Shown here in pieces: positions 1-10,381 of a stretch of 64,000 nt of DNA; positions within the stretch are counted from its first letter, which is position 1; the number at the start of each line of letters is the position of its first letter. The position numbers were made by a program, and so were the translations under genes. The DNA is from Chthoniobacterales bacterium (lineage in GTDB: Bacteria > Verrucomicrobiota > Verrucomicrobiia > Chthoniobacterales > UBA10450): the NCBI GenBank assembly GCA_035630155.1, contig DASQLH010000344.1, forward strand, positions 2,880 through 66,879, written 5' to 3'. Under the pieces are notes generated by a model, which did not search any database, was not told the DNA's origin, and was given only the letters and a program-made list of their open reading frames with translations.

Positions 1-1
1 T

Positions 2-883
2 GATTCCGAACTCTCCAGAGTCGCCACCAGCGCACTCGCCTTGCAGCGCACGATAGCAGCGCTGGAAGAGCGCCAGGTAAGCGAAGGCGCCTATTTCCGC
101 ATGGAACTTTCCCAGCAGGCCTCCCTTTTGCGGCAGTGGTTCGCCAGCCGCGGCTCGAAAGAGAACCAAAAACTCCCGGCTGCTCGAAAGGAAACCCCGG
201 AGGACATGCCCGGCCGGCTCGACGCCTTCTACGTCAGCTTCGAGGATCGCTTTCGCGGGCCTCGAAAGGAAATCAAGAAACGTGTGGAATTTTATCTCCC
301 GGTCATCCGGAAAGCCCGCGCCGGCCGCCCGGAAGCGCCCGTGCTGGACGTCGGTTGCGGGCGCGGCGAATGGCTGGAGTTATTGAAGGATCACAAACTG
401 GAGGCGAGCGGCGTGGACATTAATTCCGCCATGCTGGCCCAATGCCGGGAGCGGGGACTGAAGGTTGCGCAGGGCGATGCGATTGCCCATCTCCGCGCGC
501 TGCCTGAGCACAGCCTCGGCGCGGTCACCGGCTTTCATATTATCGAACACCTGGCCCTCGAGATCCTCATGGATCTCCTCGCGGAAACTATCCGCGTCCT
601 TGTACCCGGCGGCGTCGCAATCTTCGAGTCTCCCAACTGCAAAAACCTGGTCGTCGGCGCGACTAATTTTAACATCGACCCGACGCACCGAAATCCGGTC
701 TTTCCCGAAACCGCGCAGTTCATGCTGAGCATTCACGGTTTTGAAGACGTCCAACTGAAATACCTTGCGCCCGTGGAGGCCAACCGATTTCCCGATAAGG
801 ATCCGCAATCGGCGGTCCTCAACGAACTGCTCTACGGCCCCCAGGATTTCGCCGTCATCGGAAACAAACCCTCCTCGTCTTGA
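2..883 (+). CDS. class I SAM-dependent methyltransferase; 5' end probably lies outside the window
   Basis: The frame is open from the window edge and the ORF track starts at a TTG at 41. SAM-binding motif I VLDVGCGRGEW is followed by GFHIIEHL. The N-terminal part looks coiled-coil. TTGA stop/start overlap with the next gene. Confidence 0.8.
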   Translation, partial: DSELSRVATSALALQRTIAALEERQVSEGAYFRMELSQQASLLRQWFASRGSKENQKLPAARKETPEDMPGRLDAFYVSFEDRFRGPRKEIKKRVEFYLPVIRKARAGRPEAPVLDVGCGRGEWLELLKDHKLEASGVDINSAMLAQCRERGLKVAQGDAIAHLRALPEHSLGAVTGFHIIEHLALEILMDLLAETIRVLVPGGVAIFESPNCKNLVVGATNFNIDPTHRNPVFPETAQFMLSIHGFEDVQLKYLAPVEANRFPDKDPQSAVLNELLYGPQDFAVIGNKPSSS

Positions 884-3294
884 AGCTGGCCATCGTCATA
901 CCCTGGTTCGGCCGGGACTTGAAAGGCGGGGCCGAACAGCAAGCCTGGCAGGTCGCCACGCGGCTCGCGAAACGAGGACACTCGGTCGAAGTCCTTACGA
1001 CTTGCTGCCGCTCTCACCAGGATGATTGGTCGTCAAACCATCTTCCGGCCGGCGAATCTGAGACGCCTGAAGGATTCACCATTCGGCGTTTCCCAGTCGT
1101 CCTTCGCTACCGCGGGGCCTTCGATGCGGTCTGTTCCAATCTCCTCCGCCAGCCGCCCGATGCCTTAAAGCCAGGCGTTTCCCCTGTCACTGATGAAGAG
1201 GCCCAAACCTTCGTCGATGAGCTCATCAGGTCGCCGGCCCTTCAGACATTTCTGCAACAAAAACGACTGGCGTATGACGCCTTCCTTTTTCTGCCTTATC
1301 TCTACGGACCCATCATTCACGGCGTCGCCGCGGTAGGCGACCGGGCTGTCCTTCAACCCTGCCTGCATGACGAAGCCTATGCCTACCTGCCGCAGATAGC
1401 CGACAGCTTTTATCAGGCAAACCGGTTGTTTTTTAACAGCGAAGGAGAACAGGAGTTGGCAGTGCGACTGTTCGGGCCGTGCATCCCGGCTAAATCGCAC
1501 ATCATCGGCGAAGGCGTGGAAGTTACCGATCGCGCCACGCAGGCCGGCCATTCCCGGAATGGCTCGCCCACGGAAACCGGGAACGGGCGCTACCTCTTGT
1601 ACCTGGGCCGCAAAGACGACGGCAAAAACATTCCGCTCTTGTTGCGCGCTTTCGCGCGGTTCCGCACCGTTCGCCCGAATTCTTCTTTGCGCCTGATCCT
1701 GGCCGGCGCCGGCGAAGCTTCCGTTCCGCTGCCGGCGCAGAGCGTCGATTCCGGCCTCGTCTCGGAAAAAGAAAAGGAGGAGCTCCTTCGCCATTGCGCG
1801 GCGCTCGTTCAGCCGAGCGAAAAGGAAAGCTTCTCGCGCGTCATGATGGAGGCGTGGCTGTATGGCAAGCCTGTCGCTGTGCATCGCCGCTGTGCGGCCA
1901 CCGCCATCCCGGTAAAGGCGGCGAAAGGCGGCTGGCTCGCGGATTCGGAGGACCAATGGGCGAGCCTCTTTGTGGAGCTGGATCGAACGGCCGATCCCGC
2001 GATGCGGCAGCTCGGAGAAAACGGGAGGCGCTACGCGGCCGTCGCGGCGGATTGGGAAGTCGTGATGGATCGGTATGAGGCCGCGCTCGTTTTGTCCGAA
2101 CCGAAATCACCGCCGCGCGCGGGCGCTGCACCATCTCCTCGCGTCTCGATCAATCAGTTCCTACCGAATCTGAGTTACGGCGATGCGATCTCGAACCACG
2201 CCATTTGGATTCGCGACCAACTGCGGGCGGCCGGCTACGATTCGCGGATTTACGTCCAATACATCGACCCCCAGGTGGCGGACCAATGCGAACTCTTCAC
2301 GGTCGAAAAAGTTCAACGCTCCGACGCCGCCATCTATCACCACAGTATCGGCACCGAGATCACTCCGCATCTCATCGAATTTTCCGGGCCGAAATGCCTG
2401 ATCTATCACAACATCACGCCCGGCGAATTTTTCGAAGCGTATCGGCCCGAGTTCGCCCAAATCCTCTATAAAGGACGCCATGACCTTCAGCAGCTCGGCC
2501 AGCATTTCAAACTCTCCGTCGGCGATTCCGCGTTCAATGCCGACGAACTGGCCCGGGACCGTTTTCCGAAACCAGGCGTCCTGCCGCTGGCGATCGATCC
2601 CTGCAAATGGGCCTTTCGGCCCGATCCGGCGATCATGAACCAGCTCCAGGATGGCCGCACCAACATCCTCTTCGTGGGCCGCTTTGCTCCCAACAAAAAA
2701 CAGGACGACCTCATCGTCGCCTTTTCGCATTACTTGCAGCTCGACCCCGGCGCGCGGTTGATTTTGGTGGGCAAACCGGAGTTCGCCGACCCTTACGTGA
2801 TTCATCTAGGCGATCTCGTTGGCCATCTCGGCCTGACCGATTCCGTCCTCCTGCCCGGCAGCATCGCCGACGCCCAGCTGGCTGCCTACTATCGCAGCGC
2901 TCACCTTTTCTGGTCGATGTCCGAGCACGAAGGCTTCTGTGTTCCGCTCATCGAATCGATGTGGTTCGACGTTCCGATCATCGCCTTCAAATCATCCGCG
3001 GTCCCCGAGACCCTGGCTGAAGCGGGCCTGATGTTTACCGACAAGAAGGACATGCCCGGCCTGGCCGCGCTCGCTCATCTGGTGGTGACCGACCCGGAGT
3101 TGAGAGAGAAGCTGGTCCTCGCGCAACGGAAACGCCGCCTCGAGTTCTTGCCCGAGAAGGTTTCGCCCGTGCTCATGGAGATGGTCGGGAGGCTTTTCTC
3201 TTCCGGAAAAATGACGCAAGGCCGCCCCCGCCGCGGCGCCAAAAGCAACTCAACCAATACTCGTCCGGTGAAGGCCAGGGCGCGCCGCGCGTGA
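880..3294 (+). CDS. two-module glycosyltransferase (tandem GT-B/GT4-like domains)
   Basis: 804-aa ORF. N-terminus is MKLAIVIPWFGRDLKGGAEQQ. The first GT-B C-lobe has SFSRVMMEAWLYGKPV. A second complete module (from about aa 415) has EGFCVPLIESMWFDVPIIAF, an EX7E-type signature. Confidence 0.85.
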   Translation: MKLAIVIPWFGRDLKGGAEQQAWQVATRLAKRGHSVEVLTTCCRSHQDDWSSNHLPAGESETPEGFTIRRFPVVLRYRGAFDAVCSNLLRQPPDALKPGVSPVTDEEAQTFVDELIRSPALQTFLQQKRLAYDAFLFLPYLYGPIIHGVAAVGDRAVLQPCLHDEAYAYLPQIADSFYQANRLFFNSEGEQELAVRLFGPCIPAKSHIIGEGVEVTDRATQAGHSRNGSPTETGNGRYLLYLGRKDDGKNIPLLLRAFARFRTVRPNSSLRLILAGAGEASVPLPAQSVDSGLVSEKEKEELLRHCAALVQPSEKESFSRVMMEAWLYGKPVAVHRRCAATAIPVKAAKGGWLADSEDQWASLFVELDRTADPAMRQLGENGRRYAAVAADWEVVMDRYEAALVLSEPKSPPRAGAAPSPRVSINQFLPNLSYGDAISNHAIWIRDQLRAAGYDSRIYVQYIDPQVADQCELFTVEKVQRSDAAIYHHSIGTEITPHLIEFSGPKCLIYHNITPGEFFEAYRPEFAQILYKGRHDLQQLGQHFKLSVGDSAFNADELARDRFPKPGVLPLAIDPCKWAFRPDPAIMNQLQDGRTNILFVGRFAPNKKQDDLIVAFSHYLQLDPGARLILVGKPEFADPYVIHLGDLVGHLGLTDSVLLPGSIADAQLAAYYRSAHLFWSMSEHEGFCVPLIESMWFDVPIIAFKSSAVPETLAEAGLMFTDKKDMPGLAALAHLVVTDPELREKLVLAQRKRRLEFLPEKVSPVLMEMVGRLFSSGKMTQGRPRRGAKSNSTNTRPVKARARRA

Positions 3295-3341
3295 GACCCC
3301 CGGCTTGACTTGGAGGGGAGAGCCCCGTTGATTCCCTCCTT

Positions 3342-3911
3342 ATGAATCGAGTTTCCCAATCAGGGAAGGCCGGGCTGCGTTCCGCTGCGTGCGTCACTTT
3401 TTCTGCGTTTGCCCTGCTCCTCGTGGGTGGTTGCGGCGATCGCTCCGAAACAGCCGTCGCGGAGAGCGCGCGCCCGCCGGAAGTGCAATACGGGTCGAAA
3501 ATTACTTTCGGCAAGGGCGGTAATTCCGAGCCGCACAAGAAAAACGGCTGGAGCCCGACGGAAGAAAAATTTACCTGGACTGAAGGCTCCTCGGCGCGGC
3601 TGGAGATTCCTGTCCCTGCCTCAAATGAACCGGTGACCCTGAAAATGAGAATCGCCGCTTTGATCAAGCCCCCGGAATTGCCCTTTCAGCCCGTCGAGGT
3701 GTCCATCAACGATCAGAAAATTGCAGACTGGCAAGTGGCTGAGACTTCGGAATTCGCCGCTCGGGTGCCACCGGAGCTGACGAAGCAGAGTGGCGTTTTG
3801 AAGATCGAAATCAAAACTCCTAAAGCTACGTCACCCAAAACTCTGGGGATAAGCGCCGATCCGCGGGTCCTCGGCGCCTGTGTCCTTGAACTTCAACTCG
3901 CCAAGGAGTGA
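3342..3911 (+). CDS. putative lipoprotein, function unknown
   Basis: Signal peptide with lipobox-like LLVGGC. The mature part carries an NGW..FTWTEG ... ADPRVLG pattern that also appears in the C-terminus of the next gene product. Confidence 0.65.
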   Translation: MNRVSQSGKAGLRSAACVTFSAFALLLVGGCGDRSETAVAESARPPEVQYGSKITFGKGGNSEPHKKNGWSPTEEKFTWTEGSSARLEIPVPASNEPVTLKMRIAALIKPPELPFQPVEVSINDQKIADWQVAETSEFAARVPPELTKQSGVLKIEIKTPKATSPKTLGISADPRVLGACVLELQLAKE

Positions 3912-4042
3912 TCTGTTCACAAAGGCCAGTCCAGGGCAAGGCAGGCTTCCGCGGCCACGAAACACTCCGTAGGTTTTGGCCGAATCTGTTTCCCGGCCAG
4001 GTCATTGCGAGAGAAGCGGATTGCTAGCCGCCGCGAGCTTAT

Positions 4043-5290
4043 ATGAGTGGAACATCTTCCCCCGGCTCCTTCGCCTTGAGCGACTGCCTTACCCCAGCGC
4101 AGCTCGAACAGCTCTACTACAATGTTGTCCTCCAGCACGATTTTTACGGCGATTCCTACGGCGCGGACTGGAATATTGGCCCGTATGACGAAATGGCAGC
4201 TTTGCTGGCTGAAATTTTCGAGCCAAGACAACATGTCGATGTCGGCTGCGGGAAGGGGTTCCTGGTCTTGGCGATGCGCCGGCGAGGCATCGACTCGTTT
4301 GGGATTGATTTTAGCCCCGCACTGATTAAACAGGCGCCACAAGAGGCGCAGCCTTTCCTCAAGGTGGCGACCGCGGAAAATTGGATTAACAGCGGCACCG
4401 TCACGGACGCTGATCTCATCACCTACATGGAGGTGTTTGAGCATCTCCCGGTGAATGTCTGCGCATCAGTCCTTCAGACCCTGCGAGACAATTTTCATGG
4501 GCGGCTCCTGATTACGACACCCTCCTATGGCGTAGACGACCGCTGGCACCTGGGAATTGTGACCAATGACGACGTCCCAACCTGGCGGGAAGACATGGCG
4601 AGAAATGTTCCGTTCCGTCAAATCGTCCTCCAGGATGGTTTGCCGCATCATGGGCATATTACCCTCTGTTCCTACCGGTGGTGGACAGAATTCTTCCTGC
4701 TGAACGGCTGGGTTCGTTCCCTCGACCTCGAATCGAAAGCCTCAAGGGAGTTCGGGGCGACACTGAGGAAATACCACTGGAACCCTTACATCCTGGAACG
4801 TTTGCTTCCCGATATTTTTGAAATCGACATTGCCACTTCCAACCAGCTTGGAAATGGATGGCATGACGCGGAAAGAGCGGGTCATCACGACAAAGGCCGC
4901 TGGACCAATGGCCGGGCGGAAATCTACGTCGATTCCACCAAGGAAAAATTGGTCGCGGTGGAGATCGTATTCACAGCCCCAAGCGTGAACGTGGTGAAGG
5001 ACTACACCTTATCGATTGTCGTTGAGCAGCAAGTCAAAAAGAAAGATTACGAGCTCTCCTGGGAGCCGATCTACTCGAGCTTGCCCGTAAGCGTTCCCTC
5101 TCGGGAGACATTGCAGACCTTGAAGATTGCGGTTCGTTCGCCGAACGCACAACAGACCCGGCCACGCGGAAGCACTCTCTTCCGGTTGACTATCGTATCG
5201 CTTTCCTTCTCCCCGCGAGATTATGACCTCTCGACGGACGACAGAACTCTTGGCCTATTTATTCACCGGGTCACGATCGAAAGCAGCTAA
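4043..5290 (+). CDS. class I SAM-dependent methyltransferase with a C-terminal domain of unknown function
   Basis: Motif I VDVGCGKGFLVLAM and a later YMEVFEHL. The C-terminal ~140 aa carry NGW..RWTNG ... DDRTLG. Confidence 0.8.
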   Translation: MSGTSSPGSFALSDCLTPAQLEQLYYNVVLQHDFYGDSYGADWNIGPYDEMAALLAEIFEPRQHVDVGCGKGFLVLAMRRRGIDSFGIDFSPALIKQAPQEAQPFLKVATAENWINSGTVTDADLITYMEVFEHLPVNVCASVLQTLRDNFHGRLLITTPSYGVDDRWHLGIVTNDDVPTWREDMARNVPFRQIVLQDGLPHHGHITLCSYRWWTEFFLLNGWVRSLDLESKASREFGATLRKYHWNPYILERLLPDIFEIDIATSNQLGNGWHDAERAGHHDKGRWTNGRAEIYVDSTKEKLVAVEIVFTAPSVNVVKDYTLSIVVEQQVKKKDYELSWEPIYSSLPVSVPSRETLQTLKIAVRSPNAQQTRPRGSTLFRLTIVSLSFSPRDYDLSTDDRTLGLFIHRVTIESS

Positions 5291-5339
5291 TAGTTCAGGA
5301 CGCAGCCGGACATTTTGCGTTGACTCGCGGTTCCCACAC

Positions 5340-6557
5340 ATGACCACTGCAAGGAGCTCAAGCTCGCCACGTGTCGCTTTCATTGTGCAACGCTGCGGCG
5401 TGGAGGTGAACGGCGGCGCTGAATTACATTGCCTCCAAGTCGCCCAGAGAATGGCGGAATCCTGGAATACCGAGATTCTCACCACCTGCGCGGTGGACTA
5501 CATGACCTGGGAGAATTTCTACCCCCCGGGGACAGAGCAGTTGGGGGCCACCCTCGTGCGGCGATTCCCCGTCGATCAACTGCGCGACGTTGAATCCTTT
5601 AACCGCTTGTCTTCCGAACTGCATTCCAGGCAACGCAAGGCTTCTCTCGCGGAACAGGAGGTTTGGATGCGGGCGCAAGGTCCGGTTTCGACTGGACTGC
5701 TGGATTATCTCCGAGCCGAAAACGATCGCTACGACGCCTTTATTTTCTTCGGTTATCTATATGCGACCACTTACTTCGGGCTCCCCTTGGTCCGCAATAA
5801 AGCCTGGCTGCAGCCTCTGGCCCATGATGAATGGACGATCTACTTCAGCATGTGGGACAGGCTTTTCTCGCTGCCGCAGGGCTTCATTTTTAATTCCGAG
5901 GCCGAACGGGAATTTCTCCAAAAGAGATTCCCCAAGGCCTCTCTCCGTGGCCCCGTGGCGGGTGTCGGCATCGAGTCGCCCCAGCGGATCGAGGACGAGA
6001 AATTCCTTTCGCGTTACGACCTGACTGTCCCATTTCTGCTTTATGTCGGCCGGATCGACGAGTCCAAGGGATGCGCCGTCATGTTCGAAAATTTTCTGCG
6101 CTGGAAAAAAGAGAGCGGCGCGCCTCACAAACTGCTCCTTCTGGGAAAGGAGGTAATGCCAGTGCCGTTTCACGATGACATTGTTCATCTTGGCTTCGTG
6201 GACGACGAACAAAAATGGGCTGCGCTGAAGAGGTGCGACTGGCTCGTCATGCCATCGCCCCACGAAAGCCTTTCCATGGCTTTGCTTGAAGCATGGAGTG
6301 TCGGCCGGCCGGCCCTGGTTAATGGACAGTGCGAGGTTCTGGTCAGGCATTGTCAGGAATCGCATGGCGGCCTTTGGTATAGCGATTTCGATGAATGGAG
6401 TGCCGCGCTCTCAACTGCGGATGGAAAAGCGAAGGAGATCCTTGGCCGCCAGGGTAAGGCTTATGTTGAACAGCGCTACTCCTGGGCTCGGGTTGAGGCT
6501 TGCTACCTTGAGGCGATAAATCCCGTGTTAAGTCACGAGATCGCGGACGCAAACTAA
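5340..6557 (+). CDS. glycosyltransferase family 4 (GT-B)
   Basis: The ORF track begins at 5223 and overlaps the upstream gene. The in-frame ATG at 5340 ([28 protein letters not shown]) fits a GT4 N-terminus. C-lobe motif [20 protein letters not shown]. Confidence 0.85.
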   Translation: MTTARSSSSPRVAFIVQRCGVEVNGGAELHCLQVAQRMAESWNTEILTTCAVDYMTWENFYPPGTEQLGATLVRRFPVDQLRDVESFNRLSSELHSRQRKASLAEQEVWMRAQGPVSTGLLDYLRAENDRYDAFIFFGYLYATTYFGLPLVRNKAWLQPLAHDEWTIYFSMWDRLFSLPQGFIFNSEAEREFLQKRFPKASLRGPVAGVGIESPQRIEDEKFLSRYDLTVPFLLYVGRIDESKGCAVMFENFLRWKKESGAPHKLLLLGKEVMPVPFHDDIVHLGFVDDEQKWAALKRCDWLVMPSPHESLSMALLEAWSVGRPALVNGQCEVLVRHCQESHGGLWYSDFDEWSAALSTADGKAKEILGRQGKAYVEQRYSWARVEACYLEAINPVLSHEIADAN

Positions 6558-6561
6558 GGGC

Positions 6562-7680
6562 GTGAATATTCCTTTTCTCGATCTAAAGGCAGCTTACGGC
6601 GAATTACAGGCCGATCTGGACGCGGCTTACCGGCGGGTCATGGAAAGTGGCTGGTTTATTCTCGGGGATGAGGTCGATTCTTTCGAACGGGAGTTTGCGG
6701 CATCCTGTGGGCAAAAGCACTGCATCGGCGTCGCTGACGGCTTAGACGCGCTGGTTCTTATCCTGCGCGGATATGGAATAGGAGAAGGGGATGAAGTCGT
6801 AGTGCCCGCTAACACCTATATCGCCACTTGGCTCGCTGTCTCCCTGGTCGGCGCGACCCCCATTCCGGTTGAGCCGGACCCGGAAACATATAATATCGAC
6901 CCCGGCCGGATCGCCGCCGCCATCACCACGAAAACTCGCGCGCTCCTGCCCGTCCATTTGTATGGTCACCCGGCGGACATGGACCCGATCTGCACCCTCG
7001 GCCGCGAACATGGGTTGAAGGTGATAGAGGACGCTGCCCAGGCCCACGGCGCGACTTACAAAGGAAAACGGGCCGGCAGCCTGGGCGATGCCGCTGCGTT
7101 TAGCTTCTATCCTGGAAAGAATCTCGGCGCTTACGGAGATGGTGGCGCGATCGTCACCGATGATGCGGAGCTGGCGGATCGGCTGCGGGTGCTGCGGAAT
7201 TATGGATCGCGAAAGAAATACTTCAATGAAGTCAAAGGCGTCAACTCGCGGCTTGATTCGTTGCAGGCGGCCTTCCTCCGCGCCAAGCTGCCTTATCTGG
7301 ACAATTGGAACCGCAGGCGGCGAGAGATCGCGCGGCAATACCGGCTAAGTCTCGCCGAAATCCCAGGATTGCGCTTGCCGGAAGTAGCGCCAGGCGCCGA
7401 ACCAGCATGGCACTTGTTCGTTGTTCGTCATTCCGGACGAGACGCTTTGCGGCAGCATTTGACCGAGGCAGGCATCGGCACGCTGATCCACTACCCGATC
7501 CCACCGCACCTTTCCGGGGCTTATGCGGACGCGGGTTATAAGCCCGGGGATTTTCCGGTCACGGAGTCTTTGGCTAATACGGTGCTAAGCCTGCCCATGG
7601 GGCCTCACCTCTCATCACCACAGGCCACGGCCGTCATGGATCGAATGTTAAGCTGGAGCGGGCGCGGATCTCAAGGTTAA
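6562..7680 (+). CDS. DegT/DnrJ/EryC1/StrS-family PLP-dependent sugar aminotransferase
   Basis: GTG start preceded by AAGGG. N-terminus [10 protein letters not shown]..., the family-typical [20 protein letters not shown] (PLP lysine region) and [12 protein letters not shown]. Confidence 0.9.
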   Translation: MNIPFLDLKAAYGELQADLDAAYRRVMESGWFILGDEVDSFEREFAASCGQKHCIGVADGLDALVLILRGYGIGEGDEVVVPANTYIATWLAVSLVGATPIPVEPDPETYNIDPGRIAAAITTKTRALLPVHLYGHPADMDPICTLGREHGLKVIEDAAQAHGATYKGKRAGSLGDAAAFSFYPGKNLGAYGDGGAIVTDDAELADRLRVLRNYGSRKKYFNEVKGVNSRLDSLQAAFLRAKLPYLDNWNRRRREIARQYRLSLAEIPGLRLPEVAPGAEPAWHLFVVRHSGRDALRQHLTEAGIGTLIHYPIPPHLSGAYADAGYKPGDFPVTESLANTVLSLPMGPHLSSPQATAVMDRMLSWSGRGSQG

Positions 7681-7685
7681 GGGGC

Positions 7686-9584
7686 ATGGTCACCATCTCG
7701 CCCGGGACCCGACAGGCTTCGCGGCTTCCCGGGAGGTTAAACGAGTGGCTCGATTCCGGGATCGGCCAGCTCTGCCTTCTAACCGTAATCGCCCTGGTCT
7801 ATTTGGTCGCGTATTGGAACTACGATGCTCTGCCCGGCGCAAGCGCTCAATATCCCCTCGGCTGGTGGGGCTGGTGGGATCAAGGGCAATATTGGAAATG
7901 CGCCGCCGGCCTCGCCCACGGAAACCTGACGGCGGAAACCTTTTGGTATCCGATCGGTTATCCCGTTTTGGGGGCTCTGTTCTACTCAATTACGCCGCAG
8001 CATGCGTTCCTGATCCCAGATTTGTTGCTGGCGCTGGGCATTGCGGCGCTGTTCTATCAAATCGCGAGAAGGTTTATCACGGCGCTCGAGACGGTTCTCC
8101 TGATGGCAGTGTTCGTCGTTTGTTATCACGGGCTTCTGGCTGACACGCTGGTCGTTCCCTGGAATACGCTTCCGACACATCTCTTCTCTTATGCGGTTAT
8201 CCTGCTGGTCGGACTCGGGCCGCCCAGAAAACACCTGGTTCTCATTGCCGCCCTTTGCGTCGGACTAATGTATCTCTGTCGTCCTGGAGATGCGTTCTGT
8301 CTTGCTCTGCTCGTCGGGGTTGCAGTATTCCGCCTCCCCTCCTGGCCTGAGCGGTTTTGGGCCGGCTTTGCATCTGTAACCATCGTTGGGGCGTTCGCGG
8401 CGTTTGTGGTGCTTCTAAATAAGTGGGTCTTCGGCCCGGGGTCGACGCCGTACGAAATGGCGGTCGCCAGTAGTGGCTTTGGCGGCTATCCAATCTGGCA
8501 AAAGGCGTTCTGGCTCCTGGTCGATAATCGCCCCGTCTTTAACGAAGCCGGAGCTACTCTCTTTTCCCACTTTCCTTGGCTTCCCCTGACCCTTCCGGGA
8601 ATCGTTTATCTCTTGCGACATAGATTGGCCGACATCATTGGCTGGTTGTTAAGCATCGGCGCCACCTGCGCCATATATTTCGAGTTCAACGATTTCTGGC
8701 CCAGTAATCTGTTTCGTTATCTCCTGATCCACTATTTGGTCTGGACGCTGCCGCTGTTGTTCCTGATCGCCTATCTCGGCCTCCGCGACGTCGCGCGAAG
8801 CCGATTGGTCCAATTGAGTCTTGGTTTAACGGCGATCCTTGTCTTCGCCCTGTGGCTGTTGACGACCCAGTTGAAGGTTACAGGCCAGCAGGCCGGCGCG
8901 GTCCCAGCGATCGGACAAATCCCCGCCAGTCCGGCGGAACCGGTGGACTGGGTTCTTTTTGAGGGGGTGACCAGCGCGCCGAAACTGCAAAGCGGCTCCC
9001 GGTCTTTAAAGCCGAGATTGGATTATGTGGAGCCCGGCCGGCCCAAGGGAGTTTTTCTTTTGCTCGCCAGAAACGCGCGTCAAGCCACGTTGACCTATGA
9101 CGCTTCCGAGGCCGGCGCTTTAGAAAAGGTGCAGTATGGACGCCTGGAATGGCGGTTTGTGTCGATCCGGCGCGCTCTCTCTCCGTTGTTGCAGAAATAT
9201 TCCCCGCGAAACGCACGAGTGGTTTCAGAAGCGAGAGTTCCAGGAGTTGATGTCGCCGGCCCTGCGGGCGTTCCGGACGGCCAGCCGGACCAGGTTATTG
9301 AGCTCGATCTGGCCCCCGCGACTTTGCGGGACATCAAGGTGTGGGACCTCCAAACGGGCGACGGCCGAGCGCATTGGATCAGCAAACCGAACCCTCAGGG
9401 TTGGTGGCTGATCAAGACAGTTCCCGGGGTCACCACATTGCCCAAGAACCGCGCTGGAATAAGACTTTGCTTTCCCGATTTCGGCCAGCTCGATCAGTCC
9501 GACTCGGCGACTCTGCGCGGCCTGGACGAGGAAGGACGCGTCATCCTGGAGTTGAACATCCGGCCGGCGGACACGAACAACTAG
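7686..9584 (+). CDS. polytopic membrane protein, candidate GT-C-type glycosyltransferase, with a conserved C-terminal extracytoplasmic domain (paralogue A)
   Basis: 632 aa with many hydrophobic spans. It aligns by eye over its whole length with the 16180..18123 product (YPLGWWGWWDQGQYWKCAAGL / YPIGWWGWADQGHYLKCAASL). The C-terminal ~110 aa are shared with two other proteins of the cluster. Confidence 0.7.
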   Translation: MVTISPGTRQASRLPGRLNEWLDSGIGQLCLLTVIALVYLVAYWNYDALPGASAQYPLGWWGWWDQGQYWKCAAGLAHGNLTAETFWYPIGYPVLGALFYSITPQHAFLIPDLLLALGIAALFYQIARRFITALETVLLMAVFVVCYHGLLADTLVVPWNTLPTHLFSYAVILLVGLGPPRKHLVLIAALCVGLMYLCRPGDAFCLALLVGVAVFRLPSWPERFWAGFASVTIVGAFAAFVVLLNKWVFGPGSTPYEMAVASSGFGGYPIWQKAFWLLVDNRPVFNEAGATLFSHFPWLPLTLPGIVYLLRHRLADIIGWLLSIGATCAIYFEFNDFWPSNLFRYLLIHYLVWTLPLLFLIAYLGLRDVARSRLVQLSLGLTAILVFALWLLTTQLKVTGQQAGAVPAIGQIPASPAEPVDWVLFEGVTSAPKLQSGSRSLKPRLDYVEPGRPKGVFLLLARNARQATLTYDASEAGALEKVQYGRLEWRFVSIRRALSPLLQKYSPRNARVVSEARVPGVDVAGPAGVPDGQPDQVIELDLAPATLRDIKVWDLQTGDGRAHWISKPNPQGWWLIKTVPGVTTLPKNRAGIRLCFPDFGQLDQSDSATLRGLDEEGRVILELNIRPADTNN

Positions 9585-9586
9585 CT

Positions 9587-10381
9587 TCAGGGCGCGGGCC
9601 GGGGATTGGCTCGCTCCTCCAATTGCACTTTGTAATCCCCGCGACTGAGATGTTTCTCAAGCCAGATATATAGACAAATAAAGAGATAGCGGCTTCCCAT
9701 CTCCTTGATCTTGAGTTTAGGGCTGCCTGTCCGCCGGTTGCGCCAGGTAATCGGGACGCTTTTCCAACTATAGCCGCGGACGATGGCTTTGAGCGGCAGC
9801 TCGACGGTCAGGTTAAAATGCGGCGCGATCAGAGGACGGCATCCGTCTATCGTTGCCTTACGATAAGCCTTAAAGGCATTAGTGATGTCATTGTGTTTCA
9901 CTCGAAAGAGAACCTGAAGAAACTTGTTCGCCATCCGATTTAGGAAAAGCTTGAGCCGCGGATAATCGACTACCCCGCCTCCCCGCATGAAACGGCTGCC
10001 GAAGACGCAGTCGTATCCTTCGTTCAGAAGCTTCCAGTAAACGACGACGTCACGCACATCATCGGATTCGTCCGCCATCATAATGACCACGGCGTCTCCT
10101 TTGGCGTGGTTCAAGCCGTAAATGATCGCGCGTCCGAACCCGTGGGGGCCGGGATTTTGAACAGGCTCCAAAGGTGAGATCCGCTGCCGCAAGTCCTCCA
10201 GGATTTTCCAAGTCCCATCCGTGCTGCCGTCATCCACCACGACGATCTCATGCGGAATACTCTGTAAGCGCAGTTCCACGTGAAGATGTTCTACGGTGGA
10301 GGCAATACATCCCTCCTCGTCGCGCGCCGGAAGGACTACCGAGAGCAACTGTAGATCGCTGCTGTTCCGCGGCTCGTTCAT
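9587..10381 (-). CDS. glycosyltransferase family 2, polyprenyl-phosphate sugar synthase type (DPM1/ArnC/GtrB-like)
   Basis: LSVVLPARDEEGCI...VVVDDGSTDGT...MMADESDD, with a C-terminal membrane-associated tail. The ORF track start is 10405. The ATG at 10381 gives a TGATG overlap with the upstream epimerase stop. Confidence 0.85.
   Translation of the reverse strand: MNEPRNSSDLQLLSVVLPARDEEGCIASTVEHLHVELRLQSIPHEIVVVDDGSTDGTWKILEDLRQRISPLEPVQNPGPHGFGRAIIYGLNHAKGDAVVIMMADESDDVRDVVVYWKLLNEGYDCVFGSRFMRGGGVVDYPRLKLFLNRMANKFLQVLFRVKHNDITNAFKAYRKATIDGCRPLIAPHFNLTVELPLKAIVRGYSWKSVPITWRNRRTGSPKLKIKEMGSRYLFICLYIWLEKHLSRGDYKVQLEERANPRPAP

Noticed and set aside
1165-1956. 263-aa minus-strand ORF and many similar 60-200-aa ORFs across the window
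   Set aside because: They are antisense to, or out of frame with, motif-supported genes. Their Arg/Pro/Gly-rich composition is characteristic of non-coding frames in GC-rich DNA.
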